NCBI GenBank assembly: GCA_902793195.1
Contig: CADBCS010000002.1
Location: 90,041-154,040 of the forward strand
DNA length: 64,000 nucleotides
Direction of reading: 5' to 3'
Origin: an uncultured Coriobacteriaceae bacterium
Lineage (GTDB): Bacteria > Actinomycetota > Coriobacteriia > Coriobacteriales > Atopobiaceae
Shown piece by piece: positions 8,350-18,804 of the stretch (position 1 is its first letter; each line of letters begins with the position of its first letter). Position numbers and translations under genes: made by a program. The notes below the pieces were generated by a model. That model was not told the origin of the DNA. It was given only the letters and a program-made list of their open reading frames with translations, and made no database searches.

Positions 8350-10470
8350 ATGGCTGAGCAAGTGAACACCAACGACGAGCGCGCGATGCGCCGCGCAAAG
8401 CGCCAGACGTTGTTGGACGCAGGCGTGGATCCCTATCCCATCGCGTCGACGGTAACCGCGCACGTGGACGAGCTGGCGCAGACCTATGCGGGCCTCGAGC
8501 CCGGCGAGATGGGTCCCGAGGACGCGATCTACAGCCTTGCCGGTCGCATCCGCGCGTATCGCGGTCACGGCAAGCTGCTCTTCATCGACCTCGAGGATCG
8601 CACGGGCCAGATCCAGCTGTTCTGCCGCATCAACAACCTGGGCGAGGACATGTGGGAGCTCGCCAAGTCGCTCGACGTGGGTGACATAGTGGAGGCTCGC
8701 GGCACCGTGACGCGCACCCGCCGCGGAGAGCTCTCGCTCATGGTGCAGGGCATCCGCCTGCTCACCAAGTCGCTGCGCCCGCTCCCCGAGAAGTTCCACG
8801 GCCTCTCCGACCGGGAGGTGCGCTATCGCCAGCGCTACGTGGACCTCATCATAAACCCCGAGGTAAAGGACACGTTTGTAAAGCGCTCGCGCCTCATCTC
8901 GGCGATTCGCCGCTACATGGAGGGCCAGGGCTACCTGGAGGTCGAGACGCCCATTTTGCAGGAGACGCTCGGCGGTGCCAACGCGCGTCCCTTTACCACG
9001 CACTTTAACGTGCTCGACCAGGACTGCTACCTGCGCATAGCCACCGAGCTGCACCTCAAGCGCTGCCTGGTGGGCGGCCTGGAGCGCGTCTTCGAGGTGG
9101 GACGTCAGTTCCGCAACGAGGGCATGGACCTCACGCACAACCCCGAGTTCACCTCCATGGAGGCCTACTGCGCCTACTCCGACCTGCAGGGCATGAAGGA
9201 GCTGAGCGAGGGCCTGTTCCAGGCGTGTGCCAAGGCCGTGGGCAAGGGAGACCACATTGAGTACCAGGGCCAGACCGTCGACCTGTCGCGCCCCTGGCGC
9301 TCGGTGCCCATGCACGAGCTGGTGAGCGAGGTCGTGGGCGAGCCCGTGAGCATCGATACGCCGGTCGAGCGCCTGCGCGAGTTTCTTGCCGCAAACGAGC
9401 TGGAGTGGGACGCGAGCTGGGGTGCCGGCAAGCTCATCTTCGAGCTCTACGACGAGCTGTGCGAGAAGACCCTGGTCAACCCCACGTTCGTGTGCGACTA
9501 TCCCGTGGAGGTGAGTCCGCTGGCCAAGCGCAAGGCGGACGACCCGCGCCTTACCGACCGCTTTGAGCTGGTGGTGTGTGGCAAGGAGTACGCCAACGCG
9601 TTTAGCGAGCTCAACGACCCCGTGGACCAGGAGGCGCGCTTTGCCGCCCAGGTGGAGGCCAAGGCGGCGGGTGACGACGAGGCCATGGAGTACGACTACG
9701 ACTACGTGCGCGCGCTCGAGTACGGCATGCCGCCCGCCGGTGGCATTGGCTACGGCATCGACCGCATGGTCATGCTCTTCTGCGACCAGCCGGCCATTCG
9801 CGACGTCCTGCTCTTCCCGCACCTGCGTCCCGAGCGCCGCGAGGGCGCAAGCGCGCCGGCGAGTGCGGCCGCGACAGACGACGCCACGCCCGAGGTGCTC
9901 GACGCGGGCATCTCTCGCGAGGTGGCCTTTAAGCTTTTGTGCGCCCACAACAAGGACGCCTTCCACATTCGCCACGCAGAGACGCTCGAGGGGCTCATGC
10001 GCTACTACGCCAACAAGTACGATCCTGCCAACGTCGAGTTTTGGGGCATCGTCGGTCTGCTGCACGACCTGGACTGGGAGGGGTGGCCCGATCCCGAACA
10101 ACACACGGTCAAGACGGCCGAGCTGCTGCAGGAGGCTGGCGCCAACCCGGCCGTGGCGCGTGCCATCCAAACGCACAACTCCGACCACAACCCCGACCTG
10201 CCGGCTCCCGAGCACAAGATGGAGAAGGTCCTGTGGGCGTGCGACGAGCTCTCGGGGCTCATCCAGGCGGCCGTTCTCATGCGGCCGAGCAAGTCGGTGA
10301 TGGACTTTGGCGTAAAGTCGCTGCGCAAGAAGTACAAGGACAAGCGCTTTGCGGCTGGCTGTGACCGTGCGCAGATAGCCAAGGGTGCCGAGCTCAACGA
10401 GATGGAGCTGGGCGAGCTGTTTGCCAGCGTGATAGAGGCGATGAAGGCCATCGATTCGGCGTCTGAGTAG
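8350..10470 (+). CDS. lysS: lysine--tRNA ligase (class II) fused to a C-terminal HD-superfamily hydrolase domain
   Basis: 706 aa. LysRS core ends near LLFPHLRPE (about nt 9836). After an Ala-rich linker comes a roughly 190-aa domain with H...HD...D (HIRHAETLEG...GLLHDLDWE...DELSG). Confidence 0.9.
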   Translation: MAEQVNTNDERAMRRAKRQTLLDAGVDPYPIASTVTAHVDELAQTYAGLEPGEMGPEDAIYSLAGRIRAYRGHGKLLFIDLEDRTGQIQLFCRINNLGEDMWELAKSLDVGDIVEARGTVTRTRRGELSLMVQGIRLLTKSLRPLPEKFHGLSDREVRYRQRYVDLIINPEVKDTFVKRSRLISAIRRYMEGQGYLEVETPILQETLGGANARPFTTHFNVLDQDCYLRIATELHLKRCLVGGLERVFEVGRQFRNEGMDLTHNPEFTSMEAYCAYSDLQGMKELSEGLFQACAKAVGKGDHIEYQGQTVDLSRPWRSVPMHELVSEVVGEPVSIDTPVERLREFLAANELEWDASWGAGKLIFELYDELCEKTLVNPTFVCDYPVEVSPLAKRKADDPRLTDRFELVVCGKEYANAFSELNDPVDQEARFAAQVEAKAAGDDEAMEYDYDYVRALEYGMPPAGGIGYGIDRMVMLFCDQPAIRDVLLFPHLRPERREGASAPASAAATDDATPEVLDAGISREVAFKLLCAHNKDAFHIRHAETLEGLMRYYANKYDPANVEFWGIVGLLHDLDWEGWPDPEQHTVKTAELLQEAGANPAVARAIQTHNSDHNPDLPAPEHKMEKVLWACDELSGLIQAAVLMRPSKSVMDFGVKSLRKKYKDKRFAAGCDRAQIAKGAELNEMELGELFASVIEAMKAIDSASE

Positions 10471-10502
10471 GAGCGGGCCGCGCGCCGCACCCCGGCGTGG
10501 TG

Positions 10503-10667
10503 CCCACCGCGATTTCCGTCCCGGATGGGTCCCTGCCGCGTACGATTTCGGCCGATTATCGTACGCGGTAGGGACCGTTTTTGTCACCGAATCGTACGCG
10601 GTGCCCTGCCAGGCCGGGAAATCGTACGCGGTAGGGGCCGTTTTTGTCACCGAATCGTACGCGGCGG
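10503..10667. repeat. M-family GC-rich mosaic repeat cluster (inverted orientation)
   Basis: ATCGTACGCGGTAGGG[AG]CCGTTTTTGTCACCGAATCGTACGCGG occurs twice with a 63-bp period. The left part is the reverse complement of the middle of cluster 2141-2378. Confidence 0.85.
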
Positions 10668-10735
10668 GGCGCGCCGGTGGTGGCGCGGTGTCAGGCGGCA
10701 TGTGCGGCGGGCCGTTCCCAGGCGCCGCGAGCCGT

Positions 10736-11599
10736 CTACCAGCCGAAGTCGGCGAGGCAGCGGTCCACGTCCTCCTCAAAGGTACCCAACTCGATGCCGG
10801 CGGCGCGTGCCTTGCCGGCGTCGAGCCTAAAGTCGCGGAACCTCTCGGCGTAACGCTCGGTGTCGGGCAGGATGAGCCGCTCTACCTCGGCTTCGCCCGC
10901 GCCCAGACGGGCTGCCACCAGACGCGCGGCCTCGTATGTGGTGAGGTCGTTGCTGCTGGCAAAGTGGTACAGTCCCGCGGGCAGGTCGCAGATGCGGTCA
11001 AACTGGTCGGCCAGCCGTTGCGCGTACGTGAGGCAGCGACGCTCGTTGGCGGTGAAGCGCGTGGGCGTGCCCGAGCGCAGCGTAGCTAGCACGTTGCCCA
11101 CGATGCCGGGGGAGGGCTTGACGTGCGGCAGCGCCATGCCAAACATCCACGAGAGTCGCAGCGTCACGTAGTCGTCAAGGTTTGCGGCCATCCACGCGTC
11201 CACGTCGGCCTTCTGCCTTCCGTAGTTGGTTACGCTTTGCGTCTTGGCCCGCTCGTCAAAAGGACCTGCATCGGTGCGCCCGTTAAACACCTGCTCGGTA
11301 GAGACAAACAGCATGCGCCGACCCTTATCCGCACAGGCTCGCGCCACGGCGATGGCCGAGTCGCGGTTGACGAGCCCCGTGCCAACAGGGTCGTTCTCGC
11401 ATGCCGCCGTGGCCAGGTTGGCCGCCGTGTGCAGCACGATGTCGCAGTTGAGCGCGCGGAAGAACCGCTCCACCTCCTCGGGGTGGGAGTAGTCCACCTC
11501 GCTCCTGCTCACTGGCACGAACGCAAAGCGCCCGCGGTTGTAGAGCTGGATGAGACTGGCCAGATAGCCGGTGGCACCAGTAATGGCAACTGTTAGCAT
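10736..11599 (-). CDS. SDR-family sugar-nucleotide reductase/epimerase, RmlD-like (dTDP-4-dehydrorhamnose reductase family)
   Basis: ITGATGYLAS Rossmann motif and YGRQK (YxxxK), about 287 aa. Tandem with manA on the minus strand. Confidence 0.6.
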   Translation of the reverse strand: MLTVAITGATGYLASLIQLYNRGRFAFVPVSRSEVDYSHPEEVERFFRALNCDIVLHTAANLATAACENDPVGTGLVNRDSAIAVARACADKGRRMLFVSTEQVFNGRTDAGPFDERAKTQSVTNYGRQKADVDAWMAANLDDYVTLRLSWMFGMALPHVKPSPGIVGNVLATLRSGTPTRFTANERRCLTYAQRLADQFDRICDLPAGLYHFASSNDLTTYEAARLVAARLGAGEAEVERLILPDTERYAERFRDFRLDAGKARAAGIELGTFEEDVDRCLADFGW

Positions 11600-11641
11600 G
11601 GTTGGCTCCCTTCGGACGTTCTTGTTTGTTGGCCTTGCGAG

Positions 11642-12580
11642 CTACGGCGTGCGCAGGCTCCGAAGCACGCGGCACGGGCCCTCAATCGCATAGCGCATGG
11701 CCGAGGCAGGAATCAGGCACGACTCGGTGTATCCCAGCTCCACCGAACCCGACGGTGTGGATACCCGCGCCGTACTTCCCACGCAGGTTAGCACCGCGTA
11801 GCGACCGTCGCACAAAAACGTCATCGTGTCCGCCACGTCGAGGACCGTCACGCGGTGGAACCCGGCGTCAACGCCCAGGCGCTCGTCGTTGGTTGCGGGC
11901 GTGTGGTAGGCCCCCAGGTGGTTGACCGTCGGTTGCAGGCTGCAGTCGAGCACGTCGAACGCCTTGTCCACATGGAGCTCCCGCCCGCGTCCCCAGTCGC
12001 ACATGCGGTAGGTGGTGTTGCCCAAGCTGCCCACCTCAACAGCAAAGATGCCGGCTCCCAGCGCGTGCATGAGACCCGACGGGATAAGGACGAAGTCACC
12101 CTCGCCCACCGCGACGCGCTGGCCGAACCGCGTGCCGATGCTGTCGTCGGCGGCGGCGGTGCGCAGCGCGCCAACGTCGCCGGTGGTGCAGCCCGCAATG
12201 AGCGTTGCGCCCGGCCTGGCCGCAAGCACGTACCACGCCTCGACCTTGCCGTGGTCCCCCTCGGCATCCTGCGCGTACCTCTCGGCGGGATGCACCTGCA
12301 CCGACAGGTCCTCGCGCGCATCCATGCACACGACCTGCACGGGGGCCTCGTCGGGCACGTCGCCCAAGATCGCGTCCCCGTGCGCTCGCAGGACCTCGCC
12401 AAACGGCATGCCGGCCCAGGGTCCGTTTGCCACCGTCCCCTCCACGCCGGGATGGGCCGAGACGTCAAACGACTCCCCGAGCGTGTTTGCAGGCGTCCAG
12501 TCGAGTCCGCGCGCACGCGCGATGGCCGGCCCGCCCCACACGGGCGAGATGTAGTGTGGCGTTAGCAGTATAGGATTCAT
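11642..12580 (-). CDS. manA: mannose-6-phosphate isomerase, class I
   Basis: LSVQVHPAERYAQ...GKVEAWYVL and EVGSLGNTTYRMCDWGRGRELH motifs. ATG 12580 is preceded by GGGAGG. The longer ORF to 12862 would invade the clpC start. Confidence 0.7.
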   Translation of the reverse strand: MNPILLTPHYISPVWGGPAIARARGLDWTPANTLGESFDVSAHPGVEGTVANGPWAGMPFGEVLRAHGDAILGDVPDEAPVQVVCMDAREDLSVQVHPAERYAQDAEGDHGKVEAWYVLAARPGATLIAGCTTGDVGALRTAAADDSIGTRFGQRVAVGEGDFVLIPSGLMHALGAGIFAVEVGSLGNTTYRMCDWGRGRELHVDKAFDVLDCSLQPTVNHLGAYHTPATNDERLGVDAGFHRVTVLDVADTMTFLCDGRYAVLTCVGSTARVSTPSGSVELGYTESCLIPASAMRYAIEGPCRVLRSLRTP

Positions 12581-12746
12581 GTACTTACCTCCCGCACCAG
12601 TGTAGACCACGGCGCTGTGCGCGGGCTGTAGGTTTTGTAGCGGTTTGCGTATGTGGTGCCCAACGAATGGGTAAACGGATAAGGATAAATCAGTAATCTG
12701 TGCCGGGTCGCCGTGTCCCGCCGCGACCCGAGGAAGAGGAAACCGC

Positions 12747-15350
12747 ATGTTTGAGAAGTTCACCGACAAGGCGCGCAGGGTCATGAACCTCGCACAGGAC
12801 GAGGCGCGAAACCTTGGCCGCATGTTCGTGGGCACCGAGCACCTGCTCCTTGCACTCATCAAGGAGGGGGAGGGCGTGGCGGCGCAGGCGCTTGCCCGGC
12901 TCGACGTTACCTACGAGGAGACGCTCGCGACCGTGCGCGGTCTCTCCAAGGACGACGGCGAACCCGTGCCCGGGGGCCACATTCCCTTTACGCCGCGTGC
13001 CAAGCGCGTGCTGGAGGGCTCCTATCGCGAGATGATGAACCACGGGCAGACCTACATCGCGACCGAGCACCTGCTGCTGGGCATCGTGAGCGAGGGCAAC
13101 GGCCGGGCCATGGAGACCTTGGGTCGCATGGGCGTCTCGGGCGATGCCGTGCGCAACGAGGTCGACGGTCTCATCTCGTCCAGCAAGGAGAGCTCCGCGC
13201 CTCGCCAGGCGGCAGGCGTGGGAGACGTCCGCAGCGTCAACCAGATGCCGTTTATGGGCGCCAACCAGCCCCAGGGAGCATCCGACGACGGCTCGCTGCT
13301 CGAGCGCTTTGGTCGCAACCTCACCAAGCTCGCCGCCGACGGCAAGCTCGACCCGGTGATCGGGCGCGACCGCGAGGTGGAGCGCGTGATGCAGGTAATG
13401 GCACGCCGCCAAAAGAACAACCCGCTCATCCTGGGCGACCCCGGCGTGGGCAAGACGGCCGTGGTGGAGGGGCTCGCGCAGCTCATCGCCAGCGGCAACG
13501 TGCCCGACATCCTGCGCAACCGCCAAATCTGGACGCTCGACATCGCGTCGCTGGTGGCCGGCTCCAAGTATCGCGGCGAGTTCGAGGAGCGCATGAAGAA
13601 GGTCGTTGCCGAGGTCATGGAGTCCAAGACGGCGATCCTGTTCATCGACGAGATGCATACCATCATTGGTGCCGGGTCCGCGGAGGGATCCATCGATGCG
13701 GCCAGCATCCTCAAGCCGCCGCTGTCTCGTGGCGAGATCCAGGTGATTGGCGCCACCACGGCCGACGAGTATCGCAAACACATCGAGAAGGACTCGGCGC
13801 TCGAGCGGCGCTTCCAGCCGGTCAACATTGGCGAGCCGTCTCCCGAGGACACCCTGGAGATCCTCAAGGGCCTGCAGGACCGCTACGAGGCGCACCATCA
13901 CGTGCGCTACACCGACGAGGCGCTCGCCGCCGCCGTCACGCTGTCCAACCGCTACGTGCAGGACCGCTTCCTGCCCGACAAGGCCATCGACCTGCTCGAC
14001 GAGGCGGGCGCGCGCACGCGCGTGCACAAGATGGCCCTGCCGCCGGAGCTCTCGGCGGTGGACGAGGAGCTCGCGCGCGTGCGTCAGGCAAAGAGCGACG
14101 CCGCCACGGCGCAGGAGTTCGAGGAGGCCGCGCGCCTGCGCGACCAGGAGAAGGAGCTCACCGCAAAGAAGGCCGAGCTCGAGCAGAAGTGGCGCGAGGC
14201 CATGGACGCCAACGTGGTGGTCGTCGACGAGTCCGACATCGCCGACGTGGTCTCGTCCATCTCGGGCGTGCCCGTGAGCAACCTCACCGAGGGCGAGGCA
14301 AGCAAGCTGCTGCGCTGCGAGGAGGTGCTCCACCAGCGCGTGATCGGCCAGGACGAGGCCGTAAACGGCGTGAGCCGCGCCATCCGTCGCAGCCGCTCGC
14401 CGCTCAAGGACCCGCGCCGGCCGGGCGGCTCGTTCATCTTCCTGGGACCCTCGGGCGTGGGCAAGACCGAGCTCGCCAAGGCGCTCGCCGAGTTCCTGTT
14501 TGGCAGCGAGGACGCACTCATCAGCTTCGACATGTCGGAGTTCATGGAGAAGCACGCCGTGAGCAAGCTCGTGGGCGCGCCTCCGGGATACGTGGGCTAC
14601 GACGAGGGCGGAGAGCTCACCAAGGCCGTGCGGCGCAGGCCGTACTCGGTGGTGCTGTTCGACGAGATCGAGAAGGCCCACCCGGACGTCTTCAACATCC
14701 TGCTCCAGATTTTGGACGAGGGCCGTCTTACCGACGGCCAGGGACGTCACGTGGACTTCTCCAACACCGTGGTCATAATGACCTCCAACATTGGCGCGCG
14801 CGACATCGCGCAAACCACCACCATGGGATTTGGCGGTGGCGGCGGAGGTCTCTCGGACGCCGAGATAAACTCGCGCGTGATGAGCGAGCTAAAGAAGCTC
14901 TTCCGCCCCGAGTTCCTCAACCGCGTGGACGAGGTCGTGGTATTTAAGTCGCTCACCAGCAAGCAGCTGCGCGGTATCGTGGAGCTTATGGTTGGCGACC
15001 TGCGCAGGCGCCTGTACGTGCAGAACATGTCCATCGAGCTTACCGACGCGGCGCAGGACCTCGTGGCCAAGCGCGGCACCGACAAGATCTATGGCGCGCG
15101 TCCGCTGCGCCGTGCCATCCAGACGCTCATCGAGGACCCGCTCTCGGAGGAGCTGCTCATGGGCAAGTGGGGCGCCGGCGACGTCATTTACGTGGACGTG
15201 TCGGAGGACGGCCAGAGCCTCACCTTTACCAAGGGTGCGGGCGAGATCGTGGCCCCGGAGGAGCGCGTGCACATGGACGTGACCCCCGCGCGCAACCGGT
15301 GGACGGCCGGACGCCTGCAGGCACCCGACGCCACGTCGGCGGGGGAGTAG
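12747..15350 (+). CDS. clpC: ATP-dependent Clp protease ATP-binding subunit ClpC
   Basis: 867 aa. Clp_N repeats ([12 protein letters not shown]...), two AAA+ modules ([16 protein letters not shown]) and a UVR-like linker. Confidence 0.92.
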   Translation: MFEKFTDKARRVMNLAQDEARNLGRMFVGTEHLLLALIKEGEGVAAQALARLDVTYEETLATVRGLSKDDGEPVPGGHIPFTPRAKRVLEGSYREMMNHGQTYIATEHLLLGIVSEGNGRAMETLGRMGVSGDAVRNEVDGLISSSKESSAPRQAAGVGDVRSVNQMPFMGANQPQGASDDGSLLERFGRNLTKLAADGKLDPVIGRDREVERVMQVMARRQKNNPLILGDPGVGKTAVVEGLAQLIASGNVPDILRNRQIWTLDIASLVAGSKYRGEFEERMKKVVAEVMESKTAILFIDEMHTIIGAGSAEGSIDAASILKPPLSRGEIQVIGATTADEYRKHIEKDSALERRFQPVNIGEPSPEDTLEILKGLQDRYEAHHHVRYTDEALAAAVTLSNRYVQDRFLPDKAIDLLDEAGARTRVHKMALPPELSAVDEELARVRQAKSDAATAQEFEEAARLRDQEKELTAKKAELEQKWREAMDANVVVVDESDIADVVSSISGVPVSNLTEGEASKLLRCEEVLHQRVIGQDEAVNGVSRAIRRSRSPLKDPRRPGGSFIFLGPSGVGKTELAKALAEFLFGSEDALISFDMSEFMEKHAVSKLVGAPPGYVGYDEGGELTKAVRRRPYSVVLFDEIEKAHPDVFNILLQILDEGRLTDGQGRHVDFSNTVVIMTSNIGARDIAQTTTMGFGGGGGGLSDAEINSRVMSELKKLFRPEFLNRVDEVVVFKSLTSKQLRGIVELMVGDLRRRLYVQNMSIELTDAAQDLVAKRGTDKIYGARPLRRAIQTLIEDPLSEELLMGKWGAGDVIYVDVSEDGQSLTFTKGAGEIVAPEERVHMDVTPARNRWTAGRLQAPDATSAGE

Positions 15351-15373
15351 GGTACCCAACAACGTTGGCCTTC

Positions 15374-15455
15374 CACAAGGGACCGTCCCTTCCGGACCAG
15401 TCCGTCGGGGACGGTCCCCGATGGGCCAGTCCGTCGGGGGACGGTCCCCCGATGG
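15374..15455. repeat. P-family palindromic units x3
   Basis: CCACAAGGGACCGTCCCTTCCGG, CCAGTCCGTCGGGGACGGTCCCCGATGG and CCAGTCCGTCGGGGGACGGTCCCCCGATGG lie directly 3-prime of clpC. Confidence 0.85.
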
Positions 15456-15592
15456 AAGGTCACCGGCGCGTGAACGGCCATCGTCCGTTTCCCGCTAACT
15501 AGGTGTCATTGGGATGCGTCCCCAATCTAGGGGTGCGTGTGGGCTATACTGGGAAATGCTTGATTCTCTGAGGCAAAGGGGGCGAAGACGTC

Positions 15593-16660
15593 GTGCATCC
15601 CAGTCACAGTAAGATTGAATCGAAGATGCGTATTGAGGAAGCCATGCGTATCACGGCGCCAGGGTCTGCCCTGCGCCATGCCCTCGACATGATCATAGCC
15701 GGACACATGGGTGCGCTCATCTGCGTGGGCGATGAGGAGCACGTGCTTCAGGCCGGCAATGACGGCTTCCCGCTTAACATCTCGTTTACCTCAAACCGTC
15801 TGTTCGAGCTCTCAAAGATGGACGGTGCCATCGTTATTGACAGCGCGCTCACGCAGATCCTGCGCGCAAACTACCATCTCAACCCCGACCCGTCGCTTCC
15901 CACCAGCGAGACGGGCATGCGCCATAGGACCGCCGCGCGCATGAGCCTGCTCACCAAGGCCATGGTCATCTCGGTGTCCGAGCGGCGCCAGGTGGTCAAC
16001 GTGTTCATTGACGGACGCGGCCACACGCTCAAGACGGTTGCCGAGCTCATGGGCTCGGTCAACCAGCTCGTGCTGGCCATGCAGTCCACGCGCCAGACGC
16101 TCGACCGAAAGCTCATGCGCCTTACCACGCTCGAGCTGGAGAACCAGGTGACGCTGGCCGACCTCACCGAGGTGTTCTACCTGTTCGAGGTGCTTACCAC
16201 CGCCGGCGAGGAGCTCGACAAGATCATCTTGCAGCTGGGCAGCGAGGGCAGGACCGTCCAGATGCAGCACGAGGAGTTCTTGGGCGACTTGGACGACGAG
16301 TACACCCTCATGATTCGCGACTACGCCGCCGACAGCTCCGAGGAGAACGCAGCCGCCATTCGCCGCGCGCTCGACGACACGGCGAACTCGCTGGTGCACA
16401 AGTCGTCCAACATCGCGCACCTGCTGGGCTACAGCGACCTGCACGAGGACTCCGTGATGAAGGCCCTGGGTCTGCGCACGCTGTCCAGCGTGTCGGTGGT
16501 GCGCGAGGGCATGGCCGACAAGATCCTGGACGAGTACGGCTCGCTCAAGGAGCTCATCGACGACATGGAAGAGAACCCCGAGCGTCTGGAGGAGGCCGGC
16601 GTGAGCAATCCCCTCATCCTGGCCGACAGCCTGTATCGCATGCGAGGCAAGCATTCATGA
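15593..16660 (+). CDS. disA: DNA integrity scanning protein DisA (diadenylate cyclase)
   Basis: DAC-domain motifs (GALICVGD, DGAIVID, TGMRHRTAARMS) and a C-terminal HhH region. Start uncertain: GTG 15593 or ATG 15626. Confidence 0.85.
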   Translation: MHPSHSKIESKMRIEEAMRITAPGSALRHALDMIIAGHMGALICVGDEEHVLQAGNDGFPLNISFTSNRLFELSKMDGAIVIDSALTQILRANYHLNPDPSLPTSETGMRHRTAARMSLLTKAMVISVSERRQVVNVFIDGRGHTLKTVAELMGSVNQLVLAMQSTRQTLDRKLMRLTTLELENQVTLADLTEVFYLFEVLTTAGEELDKIILQLGSEGRTVQMQHEEFLGDLDDEYTLMIRDYAADSSEENAAAIRRALDDTANSLVHKSSNIAHLLGYSDLHEDSVMKALGLRTLSSVSVVREGMADKILDEYGSLKELIDDMEENPERLEEAGVSNPLILADSLYRMRGKHS

Positions 16661-17427
16661 GTGGGCTGGCTGCGTGCGCATGCGCCCAACCGCAGCGCGT
16701 GTCCGAGGCGTCCGGCGGTGCCGACACGTGCGCCGTTATTGTGGCGGGCGGGTCGGGCGAGCGCTTTGGCGACCCGCGCGGCAAGCAGTTCGTGGAGCTG
16801 GCAGGCCTGCCCCTGGTGGGATGGTCCATCCTTGCGTTCGACCGCGCGCCGAGCGTGGGGCACATCGTGGTGGCGTGCCCGCAGAGCCGCGTGGACGAGA
16901 TGCGCAGGGACGTGCTCGCCCGGCTCGACCTGCACAACGACGTGTCGCTGGCTGCGGCGGGATCCACGCGCCAGGACTCGGTCCTGTCGGGGCTCATGGC
17001 GGTTCCCCAGGAGTTCTCCCTGGTCGCCATCCACGACGGCGCGCGCCCGCTCATAACGCAGCAGGCCATAGAGGCGTGCGCTGCCGCGGTGCGCGACGGC
17101 GAGGGGGTGGACGGAGCCATTTGCGCGTCTCGCTCCATCGACACCCTCAAGGTGGTCGATGCCGACGGTCGCATTGCCTCCACGCCCGACCGGTCGTGCT
17201 ACTGGTGTGCCCAGACGCCCCAGACGTTTTGCCGCGTCACCATTTTGGCGGCGCACGAGGCGGCCCTGCTGGAAGGGTATGTGGGGACCGACGACGCGAG
17301 CCTCGTGGAGCGTCGGGGCGGCACGGTGGTCGTGGTGGAGTCGCCGCGCGACAACATTAAGGTAACGGCGCCCGAGGACCTCGCGATTGCCGAGGGTACG
17401 CTGCGCAGCCGTGCCGGCGCTCTGTGA
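16657..17427 (+). CDS. ispD: 2-C-methyl-D-erythritol 4-phosphate cytidylyltransferase
   Basis: VIVAGGSGERFG, AAGSTRQDSV, IHDGARPL. ATG overlaps the disA stop (ATGA). Confidence 0.85.
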   Translation: MSGLAACACAQPQRVSEASGGADTCAVIVAGGSGERFGDPRGKQFVELAGLPLVGWSILAFDRAPSVGHIVVACPQSRVDEMRRDVLARLDLHNDVSLAAAGSTRQDSVLSGLMAVPQEFSLVAIHDGARPLITQQAIEACAAAVRDGEGVDGAICASRSIDTLKVVDADGRIASTPDRSCYWCAQTPQTFCRVTILAAHEAALLEGYVGTDDASLVERRGGTVVVVESPRDNIKVTAPEDLAIAEGTLRSRAGAL

Positions 17428-17464
17428 CCCGGCGCTGGCGGCTTGTGGGAGAAGGATGTGACCT

Positions 17465-18778
17465 ATGTATTGCGATCAGTGTGGCGCGGAGATTAACGAG
17501 GGGGCGTCGTTCTGCCCGTCGTGCGGCAGCAAGGTTGGCGGATTCGACAGCCCGGCGGAGGGTGAGCCGGCGGGTGGCGCTCTGGCGGGAGGTGCCCCGG
17601 TAGGGGGCGAGCCGGGAGGCGGGCCCAACCGGCGGCGCAGCGTGCTCATCGTGGTTGTCTCGGCGCTCGTCGTTGTGGTGGTGGGCCTTGGCGTCATTCT
17701 TTTGGTGCTTGGGAGCCAGCCCAAGGCTGCCACGGAGACTGCTCCCAGCACACCTGCCGCCGAGCAGAAGACAGACGAGAAGAAGACAGACGAGAAGAAG
17801 GCCGACGAGAAGAAGGCCGACGAGAAGAAGCAGGCTGAGCCGGCGGGGCCCAACATGGGGGCAATCGCCGATGCCTACGCCAGGGTTCTGGACAACCTGG
17901 AGCCGGGCATGTTCTGGGACAGCGATCCCAACATGGCCGTCGAGTACCGGTATTTTCTCATTGAGCTTACGGGTGACGACGTGCCGGAGCTGGTGGTGAC
18001 CGCAACCACGAATCCCAGCGACGAGTACGGCGTCTTCTATTGGTACGACCCGCAGGCCAAGGAGGCCGTGCGCACGAACGAGGATGCGCTGCGCTACTAC
18101 CACCATAGGGACTACTGGTGCGTGACCCCCGACGGCCACGCGCTTGGGTTCTCGGGCAACTACGGGTCGCGCTACTACTACCAGCGGATCCACATTGCAG
18201 ACGCCCAGCTCGCAACGGACCAGAGCGACGAGACGTTTGGCACCGGTTCGTCCGACTTCGGGGAGATAACGTTTACGGGGGCAGACGATCGCTCGGCAAT
18301 CGAAGACCTGCGTAAGTCCACTGCGACCGGGGCGCAGGACGCAAGCGAGAAGGCCGAGGAGCCAAAGCAGGACGAGGGCGAGTCGGCTGAGCAGGAGCAC
18401 CAGCGTCTGCGCGAGGAGGCGGAGGCTCAGGGCCTGCAGGTGGCAACGGGCACCGTGCGCATTACCACGGTGGAGGAGCGCGCCAACGAGATTGACTCCC
18501 GGTTGGCGGGCGAGCTTGCCAACGAGGCGGGCAATCAGCTGGCGCTCGTGTTCTTTGACGAGGGCGCTGCGACCGTTACGGGCAAATCGGGGGATGGCAT
18601 GGGCCAAATGACGAAGGACACGGAGAGCCTCGAGATCACCAATGCCGACGAGCTGGGCCTTGCCGATGGCGACCACGTGTGCATTGGCATGAATGCCGGG
18701 GACCTGCAGTACTCGTCTTCGGTTCGCTATGATCTCGTCCCTGTGCAAGGTCCCGTTTCTCTGATCTACAAGGACTGA
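17465..18778 (+). CDS. zinc-ribbon, single-pass membrane protein with low-complexity linker (hypothetical)
   Basis: [24 protein letters not shown], a TM segment ([24 protein letters not shown]), EKK[TA]D repeats, then a roughly 300-aa extracytoplasmic region. Confidence 0.6.
   Translation: MYCDQCGAEINEGASFCPSCGSKVGGFDSPAEGEPAGGALAGGAPVGGEPGGGPNRRRSVLIVVVSALVVVVVGLGVILLVLGSQPKAATETAPSTPAAEQKTDEKKTDEKKADEKKADEKKQAEPAGPNMGAIADAYARVLDNLEPGMFWDSDPNMAVEYRYFLIELTGDDVPELVVTATTNPSDEYGVFYWYDPQAKEAVRTNEDALRYYHHRDYWCVTPDGHALGFSGNYGSRYYYQRIHIADAQLATDQSDETFGTGSSDFGEITFTGADDRSAIEDLRKSTATGAQDASEKAEEPKQDEGESAEQEHQRLREEAEAQGLQVATGTVRITTVEERANEIDSRLAGELANEAGNQLALVFFDEGAATVTGKSGDGMGQMTKDTESLEITNADELGLADGDHVCIGMNAGDLQYSSSVRYDLVPVQGPVSLIYKD
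17771..17830 (+). repeat. in-frame tandem repeat, 4 x 15 bp ([10 protein letters not shown])
   Basis: ACAGACGAGAAGAAG x2 then GCCGACGAGAAGAAG x2. Confidence 0.9.
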
Positions 18779-18804
18779 TGGGCTGCGCGAGGAAAGGTGG
18801 CCAT

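Noticed and set aside
7477-10779. Very long antisense ORFs: 7477..10779 (1100 aa), 54667..58095 (1142 aa), 12690..14813, 17357..19612, 40285..42408, 59094..60845, 61017..62801.
   Set aside because: They lie opposite strongly conserved genes (greA/lysS, rpoB, clpC, ispF region, PASTA/tRNAs, rpoC). They are Arg/Ala/Gly/His-rich with no recognisable motifs. Stop-poor shadow frames like these are expected in GC-rich DNA.
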